Positions 1-12,500 are shown, numbered from the whole stretch's first letter. The stretch: DNA of 63,428 bases, filler included, from 9 parts of 9 records of this genome joined end to end with filler, not necessarily neighbours in it, one strand, 5' to 3'. Translations and numbers: made by a program. Notes: generated by a model from the letters alone, not told the origin.

Positions 1-7
1 CGGCCTT

Positions 8-45
8 TCGCTTGCAGGCAAGCTCCCACAGGGCAAGCGCCTACA
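8..45. repeat. REP-like palindromic elements (GTGG/GTAG type) at contig start
   Basis: The minus strand of 8-30 reads TGTGGGAGCTTGCCTGCAAGCGA (inner GCTTGC/GCAAGC palindrome); a partial copy TGTAGGCGCTTGCCC lies at 31-45. Confidence 0.65.
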
Positions 46-73
46 AGAGGTCCAGCCGCTCACGCCTCCTGGC

Positions 74-100
74 TGCATCCTGAATCCTGCATCCTGTATC
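74..100. repeat. Short heptamer tandem repeat
   Basis: TGCATCC TGAATCC TGCATCC TGTATC immediately downstream of the moxR stop. Confidence 0.6.
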
Positions 101-113
101 GACCGGAAGGCGA

Positions 114-1079
114 TCATTGCCGGGGCGCCTCCACCTGCTCCAGCAGTTGCGCGAGCACCGATTCCACGGTCTGGCCTTCCAGCTCCGCGTCCACGCCCAG
201 GCGCAGGCGGTGGCGCAGCACCGGCGCCGCCACCGCCTTGACGTCGTCGGGCACCACGAAGTCGCGGCCGCTGAGCAGCGCCTGGGTTTTGGCGGTGCGG
301 GCCAGGGCGATGCTGGCGCGCGGGCTGCCGCCCTGGATCAGGCTGGGATGCTCGCGGGTGGCGCGCACCAGGCGCAGCAGGTAGTCGATCAGGGCCGGGT
401 CGATCAGCACCTGTTCGGCGCTGCGGGTCAGTTCCAGGATGCCGGCGGCGTCGGTGACCGGCGTCAGCTGCGCCGCGTCCAGGCTGTCCGGCAGCCGACC
501 GTCGAGCACCATCTCCACCATGCGCGATTCGTGCGCCTGGTCCGGGTAGTCGATCAGAATCTTGAACAGGAAGCGGTCCAGCTCCGCCTCCGGCAGCGGG
601 TAGGTGCCTTCCTGGTCGAGCGGGTTCTGGGTGGCCAGCACCACGAACGGCGGCGCCAGCGGGAAGCTCTCGCCCTCGATGGTGATCTGCCGCTCCTGCA
701 TCACTTCCAGCAGCGCCGCCTGGGTCTTGGCCGGCGCCCGGTTGATCTCGTCGGCGAGCAGCAGGTTGGTGAAGGCCGGCCCCTTGCGCACCCGGAAGTC
801 GCCGCTCTGGCTGTCGAACAGGGCGTGGCCGGTGACGTCCGAGGGCATCAGGTCGGGGGTGAACTGGATGCGCTGAAAGTCCAGCTCCAGCACCCGCGCC
901 AGGCTGCGCGCCAGCAGCGTCTTGCCGAGCCCGGGCACGCCTTCGATCAGCACATGGCCGCCGGTGATCAGGGCGATCAGCACCTGCCGGGTGATCGCCG
1001 GCTGGCCCACCAGCACCTGGTTAAGCTGCTCTTCGATGCGGCGCGCCAGGGCGCCGGCCTGTTCCGTCTGGCTGGTCAT
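114..1079 (-). CDS. MoxR-family AAA+ ATPase
   Basis: Walker [21 protein letters not shown], Walker [26 protein letters not shown]. Confidence 0.95.
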   Translation of the reverse strand: MTSQTEQAGALARRIEEQLNQVLVGQPAITRQVLIALITGGHVLIEGVPGLGKTLLARSLARVLELDFQRIQFTPDLMPSDVTGHALFDSQSGDFRVRKGPAFTNLLLADEINRAPAKTQAALLEVMQERQITIEGESFPLAPPFVVLATQNPLDQEGTYPLPEAELDRFLFKILIDYPDQAHESRMVEMVLDGRLPDSLDAAQLTPVTDAAGILELTRSAEQVLIDPALIDYLLRLVRATREHPSLIQGGSPRASIALARTAKTQALLSGRDFVVPDDVKAVAAPVLRHRLRLGVDAELEGQTVESVLAQLLEQVEAPRQ

Positions 1080-2389
1080 AAACGGCTCCTAAGGGTTTGC
1101 AGTATCGCCACCCGGTCCGCCCATTGCTGGCGGTCCCGGGGGCGCGGTGGTCGGGTGGCGCTGCCGCTGTTCAGGGCGTCGCGCAGAGCGGCTTCGGGCA
1201 GGGCCAGCCGCTCGGCGGCGATCGCCAGGGCCTGGTCCCGGTCCGGGTGAAGCAGGTCCAGGCGCCGCCGCGCCTCGTCGCGCAGCGGCGCCGTTAGCCG
1301 CTCGCTCTGGCCGGTGCGCCAATGGAAATGGCCCAGCGCCAGCAGGTGGCCGAGGTAATCGGTGCGGTCCGCTTCGGCGGCGTGCCACTGCGGCCCGGGG
1401 CGCGGCAGACGCCGCCACAGCCAGGCCGCCAGGGCGAGCAACAGGGCCAACATCAGCGGCCAGGCGTGCTGCCACAGCCACAGCGGCAGCGGCGGCATGT
1501 CGATGCCTTGCACGAACCACACCGGGCCGTCGCCGATCAGCTGCTCCAGCAGCCAGGCGTGGTCGAAATAGTGCAGGTGCTGGTTGTCCCACAGCGTCAG
1601 GCCGGCGAGCACGGTCATCTGCCCGTCGCCCCAAGACAGGTGAACCAGTTGCGCGCCCTCCGCATTGTCGGCCTTGGAGGACGGCAGCGCCGGCAGCAGG
1701 TCGGTGGGACGATGCTGCAGGGCCTGGCCGGGCGAGGCCAGCAGTTGCCGCCGGTCGCCGTCCGCGAACACCCAGGTTGCCGGCGCCGGTAACGGCGGCG
1801 CTTCGCAGGTGAGCGCCTCGCACTGCGGCGACAGGTCGCCGTCGTTGTCGCCCAGGCAATACTCCAGGAACAGGCTTTCCATGGGCTGGAAGCGGTCCAG
1901 CAGGGTGGTGAAGGGGTCGTCCTCGGTGTCCGTCTCCACGGCGACGGCGTGCAGGCCCAGCGGCGTCAGTAGCGGGTCGTCGTTGCCGCCGGTCCGCTCG
2001 CTGTTCCCGTCCTTGTCCCCGGTTTCGTCGGCCACGTAGTGATAGGCCGGGCGGGCGGCGACGATCAGATGGCCGCCGCGCTGCACCCAGTCGAACAGGG
2101 CGTCGATCCGACCGCTGCCCAGCTCGCCCCGGTATTCGTCCAGAATCAGGGTGGTGCCGGTGTCCGGCAGCGGGAACAGGGCGCCGGTGCTGAAGATCCG
2201 GCGGGTGGGGCGCTGCCAGTTTTCCAGCAGGGTCTGGGCGGCCAGGTAGGGGTTGCCGCGCACCGAGGCGTCCGGCGCCGCCGGTGCCATATAGCGTACC
2301 GGCTCGGTGGCCCAGACATAGAACACCAGGGCGGCGACCACCAGCAGCAGCGCCAGGCCGCCCCAGAATCTGCCGCGCCGCCGGCTCAT
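1076..2389 (-). CDS. DUF4350-like membrane-anchored protein
   Basis: N-terminal TM, NPYLAAQ and [10 protein letters not shown] motifs, C-terminal TM. The ATG at 2389 overlaps the upstream stop (ATGA). Position in the MoxR operon fits. Confidence 0.75.
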   Translation of the reverse strand: MSRRRGRFWGGLALLLVVAALVFYVWATEPVRYMAPAAPDASVRGNPYLAAQTLLENWQRPTRRIFSTGALFPLPDTGTTLILDEYRGELGSGRIDALFDWVQRGGHLIVAARPAYHYVADETGDKDGNSERTGGNDDPLLTPLGLHAVAVETDTEDDPFTTLLDRFQPMESLFLEYCLGDNDGDLSPQCEALTCEAPPLPAPATWVFADGDRRQLLASPGQALQHRPTDLLPALPSSKADNAEGAQLVHLSWGDGQMTVLAGLTLWDNQHLHYFDHAWLLEQLIGDGPVWFVQGIDMPPLPLWLWQHAWPLMLALLLALAAWLWRRLPRPGPQWHAAEADRTDYLGHLLALGHFHWRTGQSERLTAPLRDEARRRLDLLHPDRDQALAIAAERLALPEAALRDALNSGSATRPPRPRDRQQWADRVAILQTLRSRL

Positions 2390-3876
2390 GTTCTTGCCTC
2401 CGCCGGGCGCAGTCCGCGCCATTGGTCATAGAGCGCCTGGACCTGTTCCGGCGTGGTGGGGCGGTGCGCCCAGGCGGTGCGGGTCCAGGCCTCGGTGAGC
2501 CGTTCCAGGTAGACCACCGCCGGGGTGTCGCCCAGCAGCCGCCGGTAGGCGCGCAGGCAGTCCTGCTCGGTGGCGCCGGGGGTGAGCGGCGTGGGGTGCC
2601 GGCGGAAAAAGGTGACCAGGGTGTCGCGCAGCAGCAGTGCCAGGGCCTCACGCACCCGGCCCTGGCGCAGCGCGTCGTCCAGAGCGCCGGCCAGGTCCAC
2701 CGGTAGATTCTCGGCGCGGGTGTCCAGGCCCGCCACCTGCACCGGCATGGCGGTGGGCGGCCGGCGCAGCGGCGAGCCGGGAAGACGGCGCAGCAGGGCC
2801 CAGGCGATCACCGCCAGCAGCGCCACCAGCAGCGTCCAGCCGATCCCGTGGATCAGGCCTTCCGGCAGCGCCAGCGGGTCGCCCCGTTCGTTGTCCCGCT
2901 GGCCGTCGATCAGCCGCTGCAGCAGGTCCCGCCACCAGCTGTCGCCGTCGTCGTCGCGGAATTGTTCCTTCAGGCGGCGCTCTTCGCGCAGCGCCATGGG
3001 CATGAAGGTGTCCGAGGCGAGCAGCTCCACGGCCTGCTGCTTGCTGTCTTGTTGCTCGGCTTGGCCCGGCGCCGGCAGGCCGCCCAGGCACAGCACCATC
3101 AGCGCCAGCGCCCCGGCGCCCCGGCTCAGGCCCAGCGCGGCGCGGCGCTTGCCGATGCGAGTCAGGCCCAGCTGCAGATCCCAGCCTTCCAGGTGGGTGC
3201 GCTGATTCAGGTAGAGGGCGAAGGAGGTGGCCACGTACAGCGGCTCGGTGACGGTCAGCACCAGATACCAGAACAGGTTGCCCAGGGCCCAGTGCAGGCG
3301 GCTCTGCTCGCCGAACCAGACGCTGAACTCCAGGTTGAACTGCCACGGCGCCAGGGTGATCGCCAGCAGGATCAGCGCCACCGTCATCAGGTGTTCCAGG
3401 GTGAGCAGGGTGAACGTCAGCGTGGCCGGGCGCTGGCCGGGGGCGCGCAGCAACACCGCGATGCGTCCGGAAGCGGCGTCGCCGCGGTTGCCTTCCAGCT
3501 GCCAGACGCCGGTAAGCATGCCCCGCGCCGGGCTCAGCCGCCGCCAGGTGAGCTGCCCGAACAGCCCGTTCAGGCCGTACTCCCGAAAGCCTTTGAGCAG
3601 GGCCCAGGGGCCGGGATAGTCATCGAACAGGGCGCGGCTGTAGAACGCCAGCAGCGGCCTTTCCCACAGCGGCTTGAGCCACCAGAACAGCAGCATTGGC
3701 CAGATGCTCTGCCAGGCGGCGGCGAGGCCGGCCAGCGCCAGGAAGGGCAACCCGGTGAACACCACCCACACCAGCGCCGCCGACCGCCACCAGTGCCGGT
3801 ACAGGCGCGTGCCCATATCCATGGCCTGCCAGCACGAGCGCGGTGCCAGGCGGGCGTTGAGCTTATTCAGGTCCAT
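2386..3876 (-). CDS. DUF4129-containing membrane protein
   Basis: Multi-TM N-half with LYLNQRTHLEGWDL; C-terminal REALALL..GATEQDC..W..AWAHR typical of DUF4129. Confidence 0.75.
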   Translation of the reverse strand: MDLNKLNARLAPRSCWQAMDMGTRLYRHWWRSAALVWVVFTGLPFLALAGLAAAWQSIWPMLLFWWLKPLWERPLLAFYSRALFDDYPGPWALLKGFREYGLNGLFGQLTWRRLSPARGMLTGVWQLEGNRGDAASGRIAVLLRAPGQRPATLTFTLLTLEHLMTVALILLAITLAPWQFNLEFSVWFGEQSRLHWALGNLFWYLVLTVTEPLYVATSFALYLNQRTHLEGWDLQLGLTRIGKRRAALGLSRGAGALALMVLCLGGLPAPGQAEQQDSKQQAVELLASDTFMPMALREERRLKEQFRDDDGDSWWRDLLQRLIDGQRDNERGDPLALPEGLIHGIGWTLLVALLAVIAWALLRRLPGSPLRRPPTAMPVQVAGLDTRAENLPVDLAGALDDALRQGRVREALALLLRDTLVTFFRRHPTPLTPGATEQDCLRAYRRLLGDTPAVVYLERLTEAWTRTAWAHRPTTPEQVQALYDQWRGLRPAEART

Positions 3877-4852
3877 GCCGCCCTCCCTGGCGCCGGCGTT
3901 GCCGGCCGGCGAACAGCAGGTACAGCGCCAGCAATGCCCAGCAGGCGGCGCCCACGCCGTACTTGATCTGCGGCGCCAGCTCCCGGGACGACCAGAACGC
4001 CTCGATGAACGCGGCCAGCACCAGCAGCGCGAACACGCCGTACATCACCGGCAGGCATTCGCCGGCGGCGCGCCGCAGGGCGTCCACCCGGCGCCAGGAG
4101 CCGGGCGCCAGCACCGCCCAGCCCATGCGCAGGCCGGCGCCGCCGGCCAGGAAGATGGCGGTCAGCTCCGGCGCGCCGTGGGCGATCACGAAGGTGAAGA
4201 ACGGCTGCGCGGCGCCGGCCAGGGTCAGGTGGCCGGCGGCGGCGCCGAAGAAGCTGCCGTTGAAGAGCATCGCCACCAGCGCGCCCACGCCCAGCAGCAG
4301 GCCGCCGGCGAAGGTGCGGAAAGCGATGCCGATGTTGTTGTAGATGTAGTAGCCGAACATCATCACATCGTCCTGGCGGTCGCGGCCGCTGACGTCGCGC
4401 AGCTCCGGGTGGTACATCTCTTCCAGTTCGGCCACCTGCTGCGGGCCCACCACGGTGTGCACCAGCTCCGGGTCGTGCAGGATCATCGCCCACACCAGGC
4501 CGGCGGACAGCACGAAGCAGAGCGTGCTGACCAGATGCCAGCGCCACTGATAACGCACCGCGCGTGGGAAGCCGCCGGTGAAAAACGCCACCAGCCCGGG
4601 CAGCAGCGGGGTGCGGTAGCGGTACAGCTGGCGGTGGGCGCGCAGCATCAGGTCGTTGAGGTATTCCTGCAGCGCCAGGCTGTAGCCGCGCTCGCGGGCC
4701 AGCGCCAGCTGGTGGCAGAGGCTCTGGTAGTCGGCGGTGAAATCGGTGAGCGCCGACGCCTGCGGGCGGCGGCGGGCTTCCAGCGCGGTGAGACTGGTTT
4801 CCAGCCGTTCCCACTGGGGCCGGTAACGCTGCTCGAACTGGCTCTGCCTCAT
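3863..4852 (-). CDS. SpoIIM (DUF95) family membrane protein
   Basis: YIYNNIGIAF, HGAPELTAI..AGGAG, AAFIEAF motifs. Confidence 0.85.
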   Translation of the reverse strand: MRQSQFEQRYRPQWERLETSLTALEARRRPQASALTDFTADYQSLCHQLALARERGYSLALQEYLNDLMLRAHRQLYRYRTPLLPGLVAFFTGGFPRAVRYQWRWHLVSTLCFVLSAGLVWAMILHDPELVHTVVGPQQVAELEEMYHPELRDVSGRDRQDDVMMFGYYIYNNIGIAFRTFAGGLLLGVGALVAMLFNGSFFGAAAGHLTLAGAAQPFFTFVIAHGAPELTAIFLAGGAGLRMGWAVLAPGSWRRVDALRRAAGECLPVMYGVFALLVLAAFIEAFWSSRELAPQIKYGVGAACWALLALYLLFAGRQRRRQGGRHGPE

Positions 4853-5526
4853 GCGCCCCCCAACACGTGCCGGGCCACGCGCTGCAGTTTTTCCCGGGCG
4901 GCGGCGGGCGCCAGCTCCGGGTAGGCGAGGGCGGCGAGCTCCTCCTGACGCTCGGCGGAGAGCCGCGCGCCCCGGTCGGTGAAGGCCAGCAACACCAGTT
5001 GGTCGTCGCGGCTGAGCGGCCAGTCCGGCGCTTCGCTGTCGCCGTCCTGGTGGGGCCGCGCCGGGCGCGCCGGCGGCGTGTGGATCACCAGGGTGTCGGC
5101 GGCCAGGTCGCCGAGGCGCTGCGAGCGTCGGGTGATCAGCATCACCACGAAGCCGGTGAGATAGAACATCGGAAACAGGTCGGCGGTGCGCAGCAGGTTA
5201 CGCACCAGGCTGCCGTTAAAGCCCAGCGGCGCGCCGTTGCCGTGCACCACCGCCAGGCCCATCATCCGTTTGCCCGGCGTACGCCCCTGCCAGAGTGCTT
5301 CGAACAACACCGGGTAAAACCATTCCATCAAGAACAGCATCACCAGGTAGAGGCCCATTCCGCCGCGCCCGAACAGCATCAGCGGAATCGCGACCAGCGC
5401 CAGCGCCAGGCCGCGAATCGCCAGATCGATCCCGTAGGCCAGGGCGCGCGGCAGCGGCCCGGCCAGGGACAGCGTCAGGCGCGCCCCCTCCGGTGTATCG
5501 ATGTGCAGCTGGTCATCAATCCGCAC
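4849..5526 (-). CDS. RDD family protein
   Basis: TPEG, RALAYGID, GRTPGK, RNLLR..D, QRLGDLAADT. Confidence 0.9.
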   Translation of the reverse strand: MRIDDQLHIDTPEGARLTLSLAGPLPRALAYGIDLAIRGLALALVAIPLMLFGRGGMGLYLVMLFLMEWFYPVLFEALWQGRTPGKRMMGLAVVHGNGAPLGFNGSLVRNLLRTADLFPMFYLTGFVVMLITRRSQRLGDLAADTLVIHTPPARPARPHQDGDSEAPDWPLSRDDQLVLLAFTDRGARLSAERQEELAALAYPELAPAAAREKLQRVARHVLGGA

Positions 5527-5857
5527 GGCCGCCCCGGCGCATGAGCTGCATGGCGAGCAGGAACAGCACCACCGTCAGCGACACCTGAACGATGGCCAGG
5601 GTGCGCACCGGCGGCGGGTTCAGGCACTGCACCACATAGCCGCAAAAATAGAAAAGCAGCAGGAAACACAGCCAGGTGAGCGAACGCGGGTGCAGCGTGA
5701 TCGGCGCCGCCGCCATTAACGCCAGCGGGCCGTAGAGCACCGCCGCCATGATCACGGCGGCGAAGGTGGGCGTGTCCGGCGGCGCGAACCAGAACAGACC
5801 GGCGATACCGAGAACCAGCAGCAGAATATAGGTGATGCGCAGAAGGGCGCTCAGCAT
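5516..5857 (-). CDS. DUF2069-like small membrane protein
   Basis: Four hydrophobic segments, W.CFLLLFYF; usual neighbour downstream of wrbA. Confidence 0.7.
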   Translation of the reverse strand: MLSALLRITYILLLVLGIAGLFWFAPPDTPTFAAVIMAAVLYGPLALMAAAPITLHPRSLTWLCFLLLFYFCGYVVQCLNPPPVRTLAIVQVSLTVVLFLLAMQLMRRGGRAD

Positions 5858-5878
5858 GGTGTTCCCCCTCGGTTGGGT

Positions 5879-6849
<971 letters not shown>

Positions 6850-6921
6850 GGCGTCACGTTGTCGTCTGATAGGATGGGAGCATTGTAAGGCACCGACCCA
6901 CAGCTACAAGCTTGCCGCTAC

Positions 6922-8247
6922 GTGATTAAAGGAAGCAGTGTGAATCAGGACCTGGAAAGCAGCGAAGAAGATCCGGTAATTCCGTTCCGGGCAAGGGCGC
7001 AATCGGTGTGGGCGTTTCTCAAACTGTTGCGCCGCCAGTTCGTGGAGGACGGTTGTCAGTCCAGCGCGGCGGCGCTCACCTATACCACGCTGTTCGCCAT
7101 CGTGCCGATCATGACGGTGATGTTCGCGGTGATCGCCGCGATCCCGGCCTTGAACGAACGGGGCATGGTGATCCAGGAGTGGGCCTTTGAATATTTCGTG
7201 CCGTCCGCCGGCGCCGAGATTCTCGAATACCTGAGCAAGTTTTCCCGCCAGGCCACCAACCTGACCGGCGCCGGCGTACTGATTCTGATCGTCACCGCGA
7301 TCCTGATGCTGCGCACCATCGAGCAATCCCTGAACCGGATCTGGAAGATCCGCCAGCCGCGCAAGGGCCGGGTAAGCCTGATGATGTACTGGGCGGTGCT
7401 GTCCCTGGGCCCGCTGTTGCTGGGCGCGGGGCTCGGCATCTCGTCCTATCTGACCTCGCTGTCGCTGGTCAGTGACACCGTGGCCTATCTGGGCGGGGTG
7501 CGGTTCTGGCTCACGCTGTTGCCGTTTTTCCTGACCACCTCGGTGCTCGCCTTGCTATATATCGTGGTGCCCAACACCTCGGTGCCGTTGCGCCAGGGGC
7601 TGATCGGCGCGGCGTTCGCGGCGTTGCTGTTCGAGCTGGCCAAGGCCGCGTTCGCCCAGTTCATCAAGCACGCGCCCAACTATCAGGTGGTCTACGGCGC
7701 TTTTGCCGCGGTGCCGCTGTTTCTGTTATGGATTTATATTTCCTGGATGCTGGTGCTGTTCGGCGCCGAACTGGTGCGGGCCCTGGTGGTGTTTCAGGAG
7801 CATCAACGGCGGGTGCCGCGCATGCAGGCGCTGATGCGGTTGCTGAACGTGCTCTGGGAACGCCAGCGTGACGGGCGGACCCTGCACGGCAACGAGGTGC
7901 GGCGGGTGATGCAGGATGCCGGCATCACCCACTGGGATGAATTCCGCAACCTGCTGCAGGACTGCCATCTGATCCGCCGCACCGAGGAGGGCGGGTATGT
8001 GCTGATCCGCGATCTGCGGGCGCTCACCATGGCCGAGCTGCTGACCATGGTGCCCTGGCCGGCGGAGCAGCAGTTGCGTATTCACGCCAACGGCAAGGAG
8101 CCCTGGGAAGCGGCGCTGAAGCAACGCTGCGATCAGGCCCGGGAAGGCCTGCGCCTGCCGCTGGATTTCAACCTGGAAGCGCTGTTCGGCAACCGGTTGG
8201 AGGAAAGCCGGGATGTAAAAGAGGAGGAAAATCGTGACAACCGCTAG
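6922..8247 (+). CDS. YihY/BrkB family inner membrane protein (start may be GTG 6940)
   Basis: AAALTYTTLFAIVP, LNRIW, YGAFAAVPLFLLWIYISW. Confidence 0.9.
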   Translation: MIKGSSVNQDLESSEEDPVIPFRARAQSVWAFLKLLRRQFVEDGCQSSAAALTYTTLFAIVPIMTVMFAVIAAIPALNERGMVIQEWAFEYFVPSAGAEILEYLSKFSRQATNLTGAGVLILIVTAILMLRTIEQSLNRIWKIRQPRKGRVSLMMYWAVLSLGPLLLGAGLGISSYLTSLSLVSDTVAYLGGVRFWLTLLPFFLTTSVLALLYIVVPNTSVPLRQGLIGAAFAALLFELAKAAFAQFIKHAPNYQVVYGAFAAVPLFLLWIYISWMLVLFGAELVRALVVFQEHQRRVPRMQALMRLLNVLWERQRDGRTLHGNEVRRVMQDAGITHWDEFRNLLQDCHLIRRTEEGGYVLIRDLRALTMAELLTMVPWPAEQQLRIHANGKEPWEAALKQRCDQAREGLRLPLDFNLEALFGNRLEESRDVKEEENRDNR

Positions 8248-8515
8248 GATTGCCCGACAAGCCGTGGTGAGTGGCCGTGTCCAGGGTGTGTATTATCGGG
8301 CTTCCACCCAGCAACAAGCGCGCCGTTTGGCGGTCGCCGGCTGGGTGCGCAACCGCCCCGACGGCAGCGTCGAGGCGTGGCTGGAAGGCGCCCCCGACGC
8401 GGTCGAGGCGCTGCTCGCCTGGATGCGGCGCGGCCCCGCGGGCGCTCGGGTCACGGATATCACCGTCACCGAGACGCTGCCCCGGAACGACGCCGATTTT
8501 GTAGTAACCGATTGA
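8234..8515 (+). CDS. acyP: Acylphosphatase
   Basis: GRVQGVYYR, GWVRNRPDGSVE, GP..ARV. Confidence 0.92.
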   Translation: MTTARIARQAVVSGRVQGVYYRASTQQQARRLAVAGWVRNRPDGSVEAWLEGAPDAVEALLAWMRRGPAGARVTDITVTETLPRNDADFVVTD

Positions 8516-8528
8516 AGAGGCTTCGCCC

Positions 8529-9407
8529 ATGAAGCAGGTGGAAATGGTTAACGGGCACTTGCGCTTCCCGACGCTGCTCAGCGGTGACGGCGAGCCGGTG
8601 ATTTTACTGCACGGTTTTCCCGATACCCACGAAAACTGGGCGGTGCAGATGAAGCTGATCGCCGACGCGGGCTACACCTGCCTCGCGCCGGCCCTGCGCG
8701 GCTACGCGCCATCCTGTCAGCCCGGCAACGGCGACTATTCCCTGCACGCCGCGGTGGACGACCTGCTGGTGTTCGCCAATCAACTGGGCGGGCGCGTGCA
8801 TCTGATCGGCCACGACTGGGGCGCCGCCGTGGGCTACCTGGCCTGCGCCCGCTACCCGGACACCTTCTGCACCTTCACCGCGCTGGCGATTCCGCCGCTC
8901 AAGCGCCTGCCCCAGGCGTTACTGAAAGTGCCCGAGCAGATCAAACTGAGCGGCTACATGCAGTTCTTCCAGTTGCCCATGGCGCCGGAAGCCTGGCTGA
9001 AGAAGGATGATTTTTCCGGCATCGACAAACTCTGGCAACGCTGGTCGCCGGACTGGGAGCCGGGCCTCTACCTGGAAAACGCCAAGCACACCCTGCGCGA
9101 GCCGGGCGTGCTGCCCGCCGCGCTGGGCTGGTACCGGCATCTGATCCGCCTGTGGCGCAAGGAGCAGCGTGAGACCCAGGAGTGGCTGGGCATGAACATC
9201 ACGGTGCCCACCCAGGTGCTGATCGGTGAACAGGACGGCTGCATGAGCCCGCGCCTGCTCGACCACACCGTCAACCACGGCGACTTCCCGGGCGGGCTGC
9301 GCGTGGAGCGGGTGTCCGGCGCCGGCCACTTCCTGCATCTGGAGCGTCCCGAGACCGTTGCCGATTTGCTTATCGCCCATCTTAAACGCGGTGAGTGCCT
9401 GGCGTAG
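8529..9407 (+). CDS. Alpha/beta hydrolase, epoxide hydrolase-like
   Basis: HGFP oxyanion motif, LRGY, GHDWGA Asp nucleophile, GHFLHLE. Confidence 0.88.
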   Translation: MKQVEMVNGHLRFPTLLSGDGEPVILLHGFPDTHENWAVQMKLIADAGYTCLAPALRGYAPSCQPGNGDYSLHAAVDDLLVFANQLGGRVHLIGHDWGAAVGYLACARYPDTFCTFTALAIPPLKRLPQALLKVPEQIKLSGYMQFFQLPMAPEAWLKKDDFSGIDKLWQRWSPDWEPGLYLENAKHTLREPGVLPAALGWYRHLIRLWRKEQRETQEWLGMNITVPTQVLIGEQDGCMSPRLLDHTVNHGDFPGGLRVERVSGAGHFLHLERPETVADLLIAHLKRGECLA

Positions 9408-9442
9408 GTCTCTGGGATCCTGCCGGCAAGCCTTGCTTGCCT

Positions 9443-9462
9443 TTCGCGGGCAGGGCCCGCTC
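9443..9462. repeat. Truncated REP-like palindrome at contig end
   Basis: TTCGCGGGCAGGGCCCGCTC (GCGGGC/GCCCGC stem), cut by the linker. Confidence 0.6.
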
Positions 9463-9562
9463 NNNNNNNNNNNNNNNNNNNNNNNNNNNNNNNNNNNNNN
9501 NNNNNNTTAATTAATTAANNNNNNNNNNNNNNNNNNNNNNNNNNNNNNNNNNNNNNNNNNNN
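9463..9562. other. Artificial contig linker
   Basis: 44 N + TTAATTAATTAA + 44 N. Confidence 0.99.
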
Positions 9563-9564
9563 CC

Positions 9565-12500
9565 GGCGATGCGTCGGCGTTTACCGGTATTGGGATTGAT
9601 GTGGGTACCACGGGCAGCGGCGGACGCCGCGGGTCTCTTCCGCGGACATCGTCTCTGGACACGCAGTCGTGGAAATTCGATGCGGAAGTGGAGTCGGCGT
9701 TTAGCGACGGCGACGACACGGACGGCGACGAGTCGCTCGTTTCGCTCACGGGCGGCGCGGGCCCCGCGGGTATGAGCTATGGATCCGGCGGGCGCGGCGG
9801 CGGCGGAAGGGACGATATCGGCGCTCCGGCGCGGTATGCGCTTGCGGCGAAAGCGGATGCGCTTCTGGCGGCCGTGGGGCATTACGTCAACGGGTCGCGT
9901 GTGATCTGGCTGTCCGTGGACGTGCCGCTGCGGCTGCTCGACGCGGGGCTGGGCCCATCCGTGGACACGCCTGTGCTCTTGCACCCTGTACGCCTGGTGC
10001 GGTCGATGTACAATGCGGCTATCCGGCGACTGGAGCCGATTGCCACCGGCGGCGAGCAAATCGACGCAACAACCGAGCAGCTGCTGCCTGTTTTGCACAC
10101 CGCGTCGCTCACGTTGCGCCTCGTGTGCGCCGCGGAGAGCCCGTTGACTGCTGCGGAGCTGCGCTCGGCTGTGAGCCTGGCGCGGAGCCTGGGGCTGGTC
10201 CGCGCTGCGGATGCGGCGCTCCTGCGCGACGATGGGTGGAGCGGGGCATCGCTTCCGGGCTCTTCTTCGCCGTCGGATATGTCGACAGTATCGGCCGCTC
10301 CCTCGGCGAGCTCCGTCTCGAAGGGGAAGTCTCCCGAGGCGAGCTCGCGGCACGGCGGCCGCCGGTCGCCGCTTTCCGAGCACGGCGGCAATGCCGTCGA
10401 CGACGCCGACAGCACCGATGGCTCCACGATCAGCGTCTCGCACACGACGCCGATGTCGCTGTGCGCGCCGCTCCTCTCCCGCAACGGCGAAATGCTGATG
10501 GCCACGCACGACTCGCTGCGCAGCTGGCTGGTGTCTCAGGAACGAAACGTCGTGGCGGACGCGGGGACTCCTGCGTGCGCGACGCGCGCGGTGTGCCTGC
10601 GACTGTTGGTGGTCGGAGCCGCGCTGTCGCTGCGCTCGTGCGCGTTTGGCGGGATTAGCGACGGCGGCGCGGAAGGGAGCGATGCAGGCATGCCTTCGCT
10701 CTCGCTGTCGGCTGCGCAGCTTCTCGACTGCGAGCCGGCCACCGTGCGTGCTGTGCTAGAGGCTGGCGCGTTCCATCCTGTCTCTGTCCGGTCTGCCGAG
10801 CACGCGTCGTTCCTGTTTGTCCGGATGTGCGAAGCTGCCGTGCCGATCCTCGAGCGCGACGCCGTGGCGCTCCGCGGCGTATTTGCGTCGTGCGTGGCGC
10901 CCGCGCACGCCGACATGCTGGTGGCGCTGATTCACGGGCGGCACATTGGCCTGCTGGGGCCGCTTGTGTCTGCTGGCGTTCTCGGAACGCGGCCCTCTGC
11001 GGCGCCGCTGCTTCTACACGAGGCGGTGCTGCGCGGCTCTGCGGGCGTCGAACTCGACTGGGCGGTCGAGGTCGCAACGGCGTCGGAGCGGGCGCGACGT
11101 GGCACGCGGCGCGATGCGTACGGCCTCCCCGCCGTCCACTATGCGGCCATGTGCGGGAACCGCGCTGCGCTGCGGCGCTTCGCGAAGCTTGAGATTCCAC
11201 AAGAGGTGGCGGAAACTGTGAATCAGATCACGGGCAGCAGCAGCATTGGGGCGTCCGTCCTTGACGGGGAGCGCCGCGGCTCTGTCATCGGCACGGCGCC
11301 GTCGGGCCGTCGCGGGAGCGCGGACCGCACGCGGAGCACGATCGACAGCGAAGCAACCGACCTCGGCACTCTCGATAGCGCTATGACGTCGCGGAACAGC
11401 TACGAGAGCTCTGAGCCTCCAAGTGCGATTGTTGTGACTTCGCCTACGATGCTGTCGCATGGCATTCGAACGCGCGGATTCTCGCGGCGCGATTCGACGG
11501 ACGACGATGGCGGTGGCATGCCGTCGCGGCGGAGTTCGAGCGAAGACGACGGCTCGCGGGCGGCGACGGCGGCGGCGGTCCTTGCAGCGCGGCGAGGCAG
11601 CGCGTCGAGCACGGGCAGCGGCGGCGCGCCAGCGCCGACGATTCAGCGCAGCGGCGCGTCGTCGGGGTCGCTGTGGTCGCTGCGCTCGGCTGCGTCTGGG
11701 TCGTCCCGGTCGATCACTCTCGCGGAGAACCACGCGTCTGCGCTGCTCGACGCGGCGGGCCGCTCGGCGCTGCATCACGCGGCAGCGCACAACCAAGCTG
11801 TGGCCGTGCGCGACCTGGTTGACAATGCTGGGGCGAGCGTGGAGGCGCGCGACGAGATGGGCGCGACGCCTCTGCACGCAGCTGCCGAGTCCGGGAACGA
11901 CGAGACGGCCGAGGCTTTGATGGCGCTTGGCGCCGATCCAGCTGCGCGCGAGACCACGTTTAGCCGCACGCCGCTTCACCTCGCTGCCATGCACGGGCGT
12001 GTCGCGTGCGTCCGAGCGCTCCTGCGGTCGCAGGAATTCACGGCGGATGGTATACATGTGGATGACATGGTGGGCGTGGAAAGCGATCGCGATGGGGAGG
12101 GCAAGTCCGCGCAGGACAGCGGGGGCGACGATGACGACGACAGCGGCAGTGACGAAGGCACCGCCAGCGCCAAAGTGCGCCTTATCGATCTCGTGGATGT
12201 CGAGGGTCGCACCGCGCTGCATCTGGCGGCGGCGCACGGCCACGCGCGCGTCGTCGCGCTTCTCATTGAGAGTGGCGCGAATGCCATGGCGCGGGACCAG
12301 TGGTACGGCGAGATGGCGCTGCACCTCGCCGCGCAGGCGCCGACGGGAGCGGCGAGCGTCAAGGTCCTGTGCAGCGCGGGGCCGCGCGCGGCCTCTGTGC
12401 GCGAGCGCTGGCTGGGGCGTACGCCGTTGCACTACGCGTGTGTGCTTGGAAACGTGGACATGATTCGTTCACTTGTGCGGGCTATTTCGAGCGTGCAGCA

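Noticed and set aside
117-4924. Long plus-strand ORFs (117-1250, 2848-3966, 3674-4924) and similar antisense ORFs elsewhere
   Set aside because: They are shadow frames of high-GC genes, with no motifs.
9463-9562. TTAATTAATTAA repeated eight times as a biological repeat or array
   Set aside because: It is always flanked by 44 N on each side; it is a six-frame-stop assembly spacer.
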